Assembly: GCA_001513145.1 (NCBI GenBank)
Contig: LFSP01000026.1
Location: 27,509 to 91,508 of the forward strand
Direction of reading: 5' to 3'
Length of the DNA stretch: 64,000 nt
DNA from: Clostridia bacterium DTU025
Lineage (GTDB): Bacteria; Bacillota; DTU025
Position numbers and translations under genes: made by a program. A model generated the notes under the pieces. The model saw only the letters and a list, made by a program, of their open reading frames with translations, was not told the origin of the DNA and did no database searches. Positions 10,505-18,990 of the stretch are shown here, piece after piece; the first letter of the stretch is position 1, and each line of letters begins with the position of its first letter.

Positions 10505-11279
10505 TCTTGTACCCCACCCCCAGATACGCCTCGATCACACGCTGGTTGGCTTGGATCTCAGCGGGCACTCCCGACGCGATGGTCTCGCCGTGGTCCAGCA
10601 CCGCTATCCTCTCGCATATCCCCATCACCACGCTCATGTCGTGTTCGATCAGGAGCACGGTGAGGTTGAAGTCCCGGCGCACCTTCTGTATGAACTCGCA
10701 CAAATCCATGCTCTCCTGAGGGTTCATCCCCGCCGCGGGCTCATCCAGAAGCAGCACCCTCGGGCGGGTGGCCAGCGCCCGGGCTATCTCCACCCGGCGC
10801 TGCTCGCCGTACGGAAGGCCGCCCGCCGGCACGTCCTTGTAATGAACCAGGCCCAGCGAGTCCAGGAGCTCCAGCGAGGTTTGGATCAGCTCCCGCTCCT
10901 CCCTGACGTAGCCTGGGGTTCTAAGGATGGCCGAGCCCAGCGACGACTTGAGCCTCAGGCGGTGGCCTACGATGACGTTGTCCAGAACGCTCAGGCTCCT
11001 CATGAGGCGGATGTTCTGGAAAGTCCGAGCTATGCCCTGTTTGCAGACTCTATCAGGCCGCCAGCCGGTGATGTCCACGCCGTCCAGAAGCACCTTGCCT
11101 GACGTGGGCCGGTACACGCCGGTGATGACATTGAACACAGTGGTCTTTCCGGCGCCGTTGGGTCCGATCAAGCCGACGAGCTCGCCCTTGGCCAGCTCGA
11201 GGCTGAAATCGCGAACCGCCGTCAGGCCGCCGAAACGCATGGTGAGGTCTTGCACGCTCAGCTCGCTACGCTCGCTCAT
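10488..11279 (-). CDS. livG: Branched-chain amino acid ABC transporter ATP-binding protein LivG
   Basis: 263 aa. GPNGAGKTT, LPYGEQRRVEIARAL. Confidence 0.85.
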   Translation of the reverse strand: MSERSELSVQDLTMRFGGLTAVRDFSLELAKGELVGLIGPNGAGKTTVFNVITGVYRPTSGKVLLDGVDITGWRPDRVCKQGIARTFQNIRLMRSLSVLDNVIVGHRLRLKSSLGSAILRTPGYVREERELIQTSLELLDSLGLVHYKDVPAGGLPYGEQRRVEIARALATRPRVLLLDEPAAGMNPQESMDLCEFIQKVRRDFNLTVLLIEHDMSVVMGICERIAVLDHGETIASGVPAEIQANQRVIEAYLGVGYKNVAAN

Positions 11280-12358
11280 CCTGCCACCTCCTGCTTCCTA
11301 TTCCGCTTGCGGTCGATCCAGTCGAGCACGCCGTCCCACGTGAACTCGCGCCCTCCGAACAGACCTCTCTGGTAGAACAGGATGATCACCAGCAGCACCA
11401 GGGCGAACACCACCATGCGCAGGCCTGGGATCTCAGGTACGTGAAGCGGGCCAATGCTCCAGCCCGACTCTATCGGCCGCAGCGCCTCCAGGAGCACTGT
11501 GTAGATCACCGAGGTGATCACCGATCCCGTGATGCTGCCCAGGCCTCCGGCGACGACGATTATCAGGATGTTGAAGGTCAGCATGAAGCCGAATGTCTTC
11601 GGATTGATGGCCGTCACCAGGCTGCCCATGAGCGCGCCTCCGACGCCTGCGAAGGCAGAGCCGATCACGTACGACAGAATCTTGTGGTAGGTGAGGTTGA
11701 CGCCCATGATCTCCGCTGCCACTTCGTCCTCTTTCACAGCCAGCAGGCTGCGTCCATAGACGGAGTTGACCAGCCGTGACGTCACCCACACCGTCGCCGC
11801 AGCCCATCCCCATGTCCACCATAGGTTATTGGCGAATGAAGGTATGCCTTTCAGGCCCAGTGCCCCGTTGGTGATAGTGGGTATGTTGTTTGCCACCACT
11901 CGGATGATCTCGGCGAACCCCAGGGTGGCGATGCCCAGGTAGTCGCCGCGAAGGCGCAGCACGGGCAAACCGATGAGGTACGCCATGACTGCAGCCGCCA
12001 GCCCCGCCAGGAGCACCGCCGGGAACGGCGGAAGCGTCACCGCGTTGAACGGCCAGGCCAGTGGGGCAAGCAGGAAGATGGTCTGCTTTGAGCGCATGGG
12101 CAACGTCAGCAGCGCGCAGGTGTATGCCCCTACTGCCATGAAGCCGGCGTGTCCCAGCGAGAACAGTCCCGTGAAGCCGAAGATCAGGTTCATGCTCACG
12201 GCCAGTATGGCGTTGATGCCGGCAAGGTTGAGTATTCGCAGATAGTAGCTGCTGAGGTTGTTATTGGCCCACCAGATGGCCAACGCGGACAGGGCCAGAC
12301 TCAGCAGCGTCAATATGAGTTTCAGGCGCGCACGTCTCGGATCGTGCTGTATCTGCAT
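11276..12358 (-). CDS. livM: Branched-chain amino acid ABC transporter permease LivM
   Basis: 360 aa polytopic permease, HAAT-family LivM-like. Confidence 0.85.
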   Translation of the reverse strand: MQIQHDPRRARLKLILTLLSLALSALAIWWANNNLSSYYLRILNLAGINAILAVSMNLIFGFTGLFSLGHAGFMAVGAYTCALLTLPMRSKQTIFLLAPLAWPFNAVTLPPFPAVLLAGLAAAVMAYLIGLPVLRLRGDYLGIATLGFAEIIRVVANNIPTITNGALGLKGIPSFANNLWWTWGWAAATVWVTSRLVNSVYGRSLLAVKEDEVAAEIMGVNLTYHKILSYVIGSAFAGVGGALMGSLVTAINPKTFGFMLTFNILIIVVAGGLGSITGSVITSVIYTVLLEALRPIESGWSIGPLHVPEIPGLRMVVFALVLLVIILFYQRGLFGGREFTWDGVLDWIDRKRNRKQEVAG

Positions 12359-12361
12359 CCA

Positions 12362-13315
12362 TTACACCTTCTCCCTGTATTCCCGCCCCATCAAGCCAGA
12401 GGGCCGAGCGAGCAAGATCACGATGAGCACCAAGAAGGCGAAGGCATCGCGGAAGCCCGACAGCGCCGGCATTGACGCCACCAGCATGATCTCCAGCATC
12501 CCCAGGAGCATCCCACCGATCATGGCGCCGGGAATGCTTCCGATGCCTCCCAACACCGCGGCGGTGAAGGCTTTCAGCCCAGGCACCGTGCCCATCAGCG
12601 GGTTGATCTGCGGGTACTTCAGGCCCCACATGATCCCCCCGGCCGCAGCCAGGGCGGAGCCCACGCCGAAGGTGATGGCCACGATGCGGTCCACGTCCAC
12701 CGACATGAGGCTTGAGGTCTCCATGTCGTGGGAAATGGCCCTCATGGCCAGGCCTACCTTGGTCCTGTACACCAGCACCATCAGTCCAAACAACAGGATG
12801 CCGGAGAGCAACGGCACTACCCACGCTATGTTGGCCATGTAGACTGAGCCCAGCTGGTATGACTTGCTGAAGAACGCCGGCACCGGGAAGGGTTTAGGCC
12901 TTCCGCCGAACACCACGAGACCGAGGTTCTCAATGAAGTACGCCACGCCTATGGCCGATATCAGCGCCGAGATCCTGGGAGCCTGGCGCAGCGGACGATA
13001 CGCCGCCCGTTCCACGATGACTCCCATGATGGCCGTGACTATGACGGCGATCACGAACGACAGCCACCACGGCAGCCTGAACATCAGGTCAGCGTAGAAC
13101 AGCATGTAGGCGCCAAGCATGAAGATATTGCTGTGGGCGAAGTTTATTAGCCTGAGTATTCCGTATACCATGGTGTAGCCTATCGCCACCAGCGCATATA
13201 GACTGCCCAGCGACAGACCGTTCACCAAGTTCTGTGCGAAAACCGCCCAGGTCAAGATGACACCTCCAATGGCCTCAGCTTGCATAGGCAGAACAGCCGG
13301 ACAGCGCCTGGTCAC
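12362..13315 (-). CDS. livH: Branched-chain amino acid ABC transporter permease LivH
   Basis: 317 aa polytopic permease, LivH-like. Confidence 0.85.
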   Translation of the reverse strand: MTRRCPAVLPMQAEAIGGVILTWAVFAQNLVNGLSLGSLYALVAIGYTMVYGILRLINFAHSNIFMLGAYMLFYADLMFRLPWWLSFVIAVIVTAIMGVIVERAAYRPLRQAPRISALISAIGVAYFIENLGLVVFGGRPKPFPVPAFFSKSYQLGSVYMANIAWVVPLLSGILLFGLMVLVYRTKVGLAMRAISHDMETSSLMSVDVDRIVAITFGVGSALAAAGGIMWGLKYPQINPLMGTVPGLKAFTAAVLGGIGSIPGAMIGGMLLGMLEIMLVASMPALSGFRDAFAFLVLIVILLARPSGLMGREYREKV

Positions 13316-13378
13316 ATCCAGGATGCCGGCTGCTCTGCTTGCGAGCCCCTAACGGGGATCGATCGGAGTCGGGCTACC

Positions 13379-14515
13379 TCACGGCTTGATCGTGGTCAGG
13401 TACCGGAACTTGCCGTCCTCCACCCGGAGCAGCACCGCATCCTTGGTGGCGTTGCCGCTCTCATCAATGGTGGTGCTGCCTGTGACGGCAGGGAAGTCTA
13501 CGGTGTTGGCCAGCGCATCCCTGATCGCCTTGGGATCGTCGGAGCCGGCCCGACGGATCGCGTCCACCAGTATGTTGTATGTGTCGTAGCCCAGTGCGCC
13601 ATTGGCGTTGGGGGTCTTGCCGTACTTGGCCTTGAAGGCATCGACGAACTTCTGAGCCTCAGGGGTTGCCGGCGCTTCAGCGCTGTAGAAGGTGCTGAAG
13701 ACGATACCCTCAGCAGCCTCGCCGCCTATGATCACGAGCTCCGGAGCGTCGATGGCGTCGCCGCCCATCAGGAGAATCTTCGAGCCCAGAGCCCTGAGCT
13801 GCTTGGCCACGAGCGCCATGTCGCCGAAGTAACCAGGCACGAACAGTGCCTCAGCACCGGAGTTGATGACCTGCGTCAGCTGAGCGCTGAAGTCCTGGTC
13901 GCCAGTGTTGTAGGCCACCTTGGCCACCACCGACCTGGCATCGCCGGTGAGCTGCTTGAACGTGGCCTCGAAGTAGTTGGCCAGTCCCACCGAGTAGTCC
14001 TGCGCAACGTCGATAAGGATGGCGACCTTCCGGATCCCCTCGCCGTACGCGTACTTGGCCATCACTTCACCCTGGAACGGGTCGATGAAGCACGCACGGA
14101 ACATGTAATCCTTGCCCTCTGTCACGAGCGGGTTCGTGGCGGAGTCGGTTATCATCGGGATGCCGGCCTTCTCGGCAACGTCGCCTCCGGCCATGGAGTT
14201 GGAGCTGCCGTAGCTGCCGATGATGGCGATCACCTTGTCCTGGTCGATCAGCTTGGCGACGGCGTTAGCCGACTCCACCGGATCGCTCTTGTTGTCTGCC
14301 AGGAAGAGCCTGATCGGGCGCCCCAGCACTTCAGGGGTCATCTCGTGTGCGAGAAGGATCCCCTCCCATGTCATCTGGCCGCCTGCGGCCATTGCGCCGG
14401 TCATCGGTTCGTACACTCCGATCCTTATGGGCTCGACCTGCGCCGACAGCCCGCCAGCCAAGACTGTCAGCATCGCTACTACGATTAGTGCCACACACGC
14501 GCTGATTCTCCTCAC
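13379..14515 (-). CDS. livJ: Branched-chain amino acid ABC transporter substrate-binding protein (LivJ/LivK family)
   Basis: Type I periplasmic binding-protein fold. The likely start is the GTG at 14515 (MRRISACVALIVVAMLTVLAGG signal peptide), preceded by an AGGAGG RBS. The ORF track extends it to a TTG at 14539. Confidence 0.8.
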   Translation of the reverse strand: MRRISACVALIVVAMLTVLAGGLSAQVEPIRIGVYEPMTGAMAAGGQMTWEGILLAHEMTPEVLGRPIRLFLADNKSDPVESANAVAKLIDQDKVIAIIGSYGSSNSMAGGDVAEKAGIPMITDSATNPLVTEGKDYMFRACFIDPFQGEVMAKYAYGEGIRKVAILIDVAQDYSVGLANYFEATFKQLTGDARSVVAKVAYNTGDQDFSAQLTQVINSGAEALFVPGYFGDMALVAKQLRALGSKILLMGGDAIDAPELVIIGGEAAEGIVFSTFYSAEAPATPEAQKFVDAFKAKYGKTPNANGALGYDTYNILVDAIRRAGSDDPKAIRDALANTVDFPAVTGSTTIDESGNATKDAVLLRVEDGKFRYLTTIKP

Positions 14516-14562
14516 GGTTTCAGACCTCCTATCCTTCAAACTCTCGCGGTCCTGTTGGGGTT

Positions 14563-14586
14563 CAATAAAACCCCAACTGATATCGC
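14563..14586 (-). other. Perfect 9-bp-stem hairpin (GTTGGGGTT-caataa-AACCCCAAC) in the livJ 5' leader or operator region
   Basis: The inverted repeat sits about 25 nt upstream of the livJ RBS on the transcribed strand. Confidence 0.3.
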
Positions 14587-14851
14587 AGTCATTTCTTCAT
14601 TCGTTGGGAAGTTCCTGCCCTGACATGCACTAAGTTATTCTGGGTATTCCTGATAATATCCGAGACGGGTTCATTGAGCATGCGTTCTCCCTGCGCCTGA
14701 TCTCGAAGGCAGCTGGCCCGCCTCGGGCCTTCCCGCCGCTCACCTCCATACACCGATTATGCTCTGCATATCTCAGGAGGGTCCACGGGGTTGCGGGTCA
14801 AAACCTCTCACACCTGGTCCAGCACATGCAAAGTAGGGAGGTTGACGCGCG

Positions 14852-16648
14852 ATGAGAAGGACCATCCTGATGCTGCTCGCAGCCCTTGTGGTGCTGGGCA
14901 GCGCCCAAGCCTTCGCCACGAGCCCCGAGGTCACGGTGGCGGCCGCCCGCTCGCGGCTGGTGGACTACCCGGAGACGCATCCGCTGGTGTGGGGCGAGTT
15001 CGACAAGTACCACTACCCCAAGTACGCGGAGATCATCACCATCATGAACAACTGGGCCGCCAAGTGGCCAGACTTGGTTGAAGTGTACAGCGCCGGCAAG
15101 TCCTTCGAGGGCCTCGACATCTGGCAGATGACCATAACCAACAAGGCCACAGGCCCTGCGGAACACAAGCCCGCCATGTTCGTCGGCGCGAACCGGCACT
15201 CAGGGGAGGTCACCACGCGTCCCGCCGCTCTTGAGTTCGCCTGGAGACTGCTATCCGGCTACGGCGTGGACCCCGAGATCACCTACCTGCTCGACAACTT
15301 CGCATACTACGTCAGGCCCGTCGAGAATCCCGACGGCTCAGAGATGTACCTGAACACCGCCCAGACCAACCGCTCGACCGTGCGCCCGTACGACGATGAC
15401 GGCGACGGCGTCTGCGATGAGGACCCCGGCGATGACCTCGACGGCGACGGCTTCATCAGGCAGATGCGGCAGTACGTTGGCCCCGGCAACGGCAACTACA
15501 TCATCGACCCCAACGACCCGTCCGGCAGGATCATGGTGCGCGTAGGCGACGGTAACGGCGACTACCTGGTGATGAACGAAGGCATCGACAACGACGGCGA
15601 CGGCCGCATCAACGAGGACGGCATCGGCGGCCTGGACCTGCACCGCAACTACCCGGAGAACTGGAGGCCCATGAGGGAGGCCACCGGATACGGCTGGACG
15701 CAGGGCGGCGCAGGAGAATACCCGCTGTCGGAGCCTGAGATGCGCTCCATGTTCCTTTGGATGGTGACGCACCCCAACATCTCCATCGTGCAGACCATGG
15801 ATACCGCTGTGCCAATGCACCTCAGGCCCCCGTCCACTAGCAGGACGGAGGAGTCGATGTTCCCCGAGGACGCCGCCTACTACGTGTGGTTCGACACCCA
15901 CGGCAAGGAGCTCAGCGGCTACGCCAGGGCAGGCGACGTGTATCAGGACTACGGCGGCGGCAGGCCGCTGTTCGGCCACTCCCCCGACTACGGCTACTTC
16001 CAGTTCGGCGCCATCTGGTACGGCGACGAGCTCTGGGGCCGGCAGGATTACGTTGAGGACTACAACGGCGACGGCGTGATCGACATCTACGACCAGCTGT
16101 GGATGAACGACAACATCGACGAGATCAAGGGTAAGCTCTTCCAGGACTGGACCCCCGTGGAGCACCCCGACCTCGGAGAGGTGGAGGTGGGCGGCTGGAA
16201 CCCGAAGTTCTGGAACCAGAACCCTCCTGCAGGCAGCTTGCTGGCGAAGGCCGTTGACAAGCAGACCGCCTTCAACATGCTGCTGGCGAAGTCGTTGCCG
16301 AAGCTGGAGGTCACCGGAGTAGCCCTGCAGAAGCAGCCTGACGGCAACACCCTGCTCACCGTCACCATCGCCAACACCGGCTTCCTGCCTGACGCGCTGA
16401 CCCAGGCTAAGCTGGTGAAGATGGTTAGGGAAGGCACGGCCGCGCTGACGCTGGGCGAGGGCCTGTCGTTCGCTGAAGGCTCCGCCCCGAGGTCGCAGGA
16501 CATCGGCACTTTCGCCGGCAAGCTCGACCCTGAGGGCAGCGTCAAGACCGTGAGCTGGCTGCTTTCAGGCTCCGGCGAGGCCACGCTGACGGTGAGGTCC
16601 ACCAGAGGCGGCCAGTTCGATACTAAGATCCAGGTCTTTGACTTCTAA
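14852..16648 (+). CDS. Secreted M14-family zinc carboxypeptidase with Asp-rich calcium-binding-like insertions
   Basis: Signal peptide MRRTILMLLAALVVLGSAQAFA. M14 motifs (NRHSGE, YVRPVENPDG) are present. It has DxDGDG and NDGDGRINEDG repeats. Confidence 0.75.
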   Translation: MRRTILMLLAALVVLGSAQAFATSPEVTVAAARSRLVDYPETHPLVWGEFDKYHYPKYAEIITIMNNWAAKWPDLVEVYSAGKSFEGLDIWQMTITNKATGPAEHKPAMFVGANRHSGEVTTRPAALEFAWRLLSGYGVDPEITYLLDNFAYYVRPVENPDGSEMYLNTAQTNRSTVRPYDDDGDGVCDEDPGDDLDGDGFIRQMRQYVGPGNGNYIIDPNDPSGRIMVRVGDGNGDYLVMNEGIDNDGDGRINEDGIGGLDLHRNYPENWRPMREATGYGWTQGGAGEYPLSEPEMRSMFLWMVTHPNISIVQTMDTAVPMHLRPPSTSRTEESMFPEDAAYYVWFDTHGKELSGYARAGDVYQDYGGGRPLFGHSPDYGYFQFGAIWYGDELWGRQDYVEDYNGDGVIDIYDQLWMNDNIDEIKGKLFQDWTPVEHPDLGEVEVGGWNPKFWNQNPPAGSLLAKAVDKQTAFNMLLAKSLPKLEVTGVALQKQPDGNTLLTVTIANTGFLPDALTQAKLVKMVREGTAALTLGEGLSFAEGSAPRSQDIGTFAGKLDPEGSVKTVSWLLSGSGEATLTVRSTRGGQFDTKIQVFDF

Positions 16649-16676
16649 CCCGGAATCGATCTGCCAGGCACACCCC

Positions 16677-16720
16677 GCAGGGGCAGTGGGCGCGCCGCTG
16701 CCCCTGCACGTCTTTCGCTC
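16677..16720. terminator. Bidirectional intrinsic terminator between the convergent M14 peptidase and phoA
   Basis: 10-bp stem GCAGGGGCAG/CTGCCCCTGC with an 11-nt loop, followed by TCTTTCGCTCTCT. Confidence 0.5.
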
Positions 16721-16721
16721 T

Positions 16722-17951
16722 CTACCTTGCGCCTGCGATGGCGGGTGTCGCCGCTGAGTTGCTGGGCGTCTCCACGAAGGTTGAGTACAAGCCCAAAGCC
16801 TGTGCGATGAGCATCGCGATATCGGTGTTGTCAATGAGATCGACGTCGAAGAGGTCCTGACCCGGACCCTCGGCGAAAAGGGGCACTTCCCACGCGGAGT
16901 GCTCGTCGGAGCCGAACGAGATCTCGCCCCTCTCGTCGACTGTAACCATGCCGGTTTCGTGATCGGCGGTGACCAGTACCAGAGTTCGGCCGTCGGTCCT
17001 GGAAAACTCCAGGGCCACTGCCACCGCCTCGTCCAAGGCAGTCACCTCGGTTGGCAGAATCAGGGCGTCGTTGTCGTGGCAGGCGATGTCAATCAGATCG
17101 TTCTCCACCACGAGGAAGAAGCCCAGGCGGCCCGCGGCGGTGGCGGTCGCGGCTTGGTCGGCGGCAGCCGAGAGCAGCTCGATGGCCTTCGCTGTCATCT
17201 GCGCGAGGCTTGGTTGCTGAGCCGGATCGCGGGCCAGGTGATAGTCGAGGCTGTCGCCGGCGAAGAGGCCTAGTAGCGGCAATCGCTGCGCAGCAGCCAG
17301 GCTGGCGCTGTCGAACACCACCTCATAACCTGCGTCCTTCGCCTGCTCCAGGGGCGGGTGCGACCGGTCGTACGTTCCGGGGAGGAAGTCGGCTGCGCCG
17401 CCGCCTAACATGACGTCGGGCCGGGTTTCCACCATCTGCGCAGCGATGATCCTGGTGGAGCGCCTGTCAGATACATGCGCCGCGAACGCTGCCGGGGTTG
17501 CGCTGGTAAGGGCGGCGTTGGTCACGAGGCCTGTGAGGCCGCCGGCGTCGCGCACGGCTTCGAGGACCGTGGTGAGCCGCCGGCCGAACTCGTCCACACC
17601 AACGTGGCGTCGGGTGGTCTTGTGGCCCGTGGCCATGGCGGTGGCGGCCGCAGCGGAGTCAGTAACGGCGCCTCCCAGCGCATGGGTGGTCACCCTGGTC
17701 TGGATGGGCATGCAGGCGATCGCAGGCGCACCCAAGCTTAGCTGGCCGTAGCCCATGCCATCGCCGATGAAGAGGATCACGTTGACGGGACGCCGGGCTG
17801 GGGCCGATGGCGAGGCGTCGGTGACCGCTGACAAAGCCGCGGGCGAAACCGGCAAGGCTCCGAGAGTCGGCGCCCCGATCCCTCCGGCTATGAGCAGCAG
17901 CGTGATACAGGCTGTGATCAGCAGGCTCGCGCGCAGCGGCGTCCGCTTCAT
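16722..17951 (-). CDS. phoA: Alkaline phosphatase (PhoA family), secreted
   Basis: ILFIGDGMGYGQ, and the active-site motif TDSAAAATA (DSAA in PhoA). N-terminal signal peptide. Confidence 0.85.
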   Translation of the reverse strand: MKRTPLRASLLITACITLLLIAGGIGAPTLGALPVSPAALSAVTDASPSAPARRPVNVILFIGDGMGYGQLSLGAPAIACMPIQTRVTTHALGGAVTDSAAAATAMATGHKTTRRHVGVDEFGRRLTTVLEAVRDAGGLTGLVTNAALTSATPAAFAAHVSDRRSTRIIAAQMVETRPDVMLGGGAADFLPGTYDRSHPPLEQAKDAGYEVVFDSASLAAAQRLPLLGLFAGDSLDYHLARDPAQQPSLAQMTAKAIELLSAAADQAATATAAGRLGFFLVVENDLIDIACHDNDALILPTEVTALDEAVAVALEFSRTDGRTLVLVTADHETGMVTVDERGEISFGSDEHSAWEVPLFAEGPGQDLFDVDLIDNTDIAMLIAQALGLYSTFVETPSNSAATPAIAGAR

Positions 17952-18199
17952 GTGCTGACCTCCGAGGTCACAGCGGCGCGGCCAGGGTAGTGGCCGGGCT
18001 CGTCGACCGGCTCACGCACAGGCCTGCAACTATGCTCATAGTCAGGCTGGCCCAGCGCCGTCGTGACTTTTCATACAGTGTAGCGAAAGCTGCGCGTGTT
18101 GACAACTGCTTACGTGGGCAACGGGGCGGAAATCTACGAAGCGCACGGAGAGGCGGGGCGAGGCGGCACGTGACTGACACCGCAGGGGCTGAGGGGCGG

Positions 18200-18990
18200 A
18201 GTCCTCGTTTTGGAGGAGCAGTCGCGTTTGCGCTCCTCTCTTCGTAGGAGAACATCCGGGTAGGCTCCTCCGAAGACAGGAAAACCCCCAACGTGGAAGC
18301 GCGCGTTCGGCTCCTTTCGAGAGCCTTCGAGCATCGGAGGCCAGGCCAAGGCGCCTAGCTGGGATTCTCGCTTACGGCCTTCACGGCTCATCGTCAGACT
18401 GTTCGCGTCTCGGCCGCCAGCGGGGCTCCTCATCAGGTTCCGCAGGTGTGCTCCTCCATCGGGAGGAGCACCCGCCGAAGTGCTCCTCTCGATGGAGGAG
18501 CACACCCCGGTCTGCACCTCTATCTCGACGGAAACTCCAACCCATGCTCTGTCCCGTCGACGCTTCGTACAGATCGGCCAAGAGGCCGCGGCGTCTACCT
18601 GGACCTTTGGATCGAGTCCCGCGCACCGTATCACGATCTGACTCGCAGCAGACTTGTCGACGGCGCTGAACATGGCCCGCGGCGGAGGTTTTCCTCCATC
18701 GGGAGGAGCACCTGCCGTAGTGCTCCTCCCGATGGAGGAGTACACCCCGTTTGGCTCCTCTTTTTCGCCGAACTCCCCCAACTCGTGCGCCGTCCCCCCG
18801 ATCCTTTGTACAAGTTCCCAGAGACTCGCCGCGTCTACCTGGGCCTTTGAATCAAGCCCCGCGCACCGCGGCACCGTCTTGCCCGCGACGAACCTACCGA
18901 TGGCGCCAAACATGGCTCGCGGCGGAGGTTTTCCTCCATCGGGAGGAGCACTACGGCAGGTGCTCCTCCCGATGGAGGAGTACATCCCGA
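18200..18990. repeat. Tandem array of about 240-bp repeat units, 3 well-conserved plus 1 degenerate, each carrying a long palindromic hairpin with a CCTCCATCGGGAGGAGCAC arm
   Basis: Palindromes lie at 18446-18505 (26-bp arms, 1 mismatch), 18693-18738 and 18933-18978 (19-bp perfect arms, 8-nt loop). A degenerate copy lies near 18213-18239. The inter-palindrome segments align at about 75-80%. Predicted ORFs across the array are repeat translations. Confidence 0.85.

Noticed and set aside
18200-18990. CRISPR array interpretation of the 18.2-19.0 kb repeats
   Set aside because: The unit length is about 240 bp, not 24-48 bp. There are no short unique spacers and no cas genes. The inter-palindrome segments are themselves homologous.
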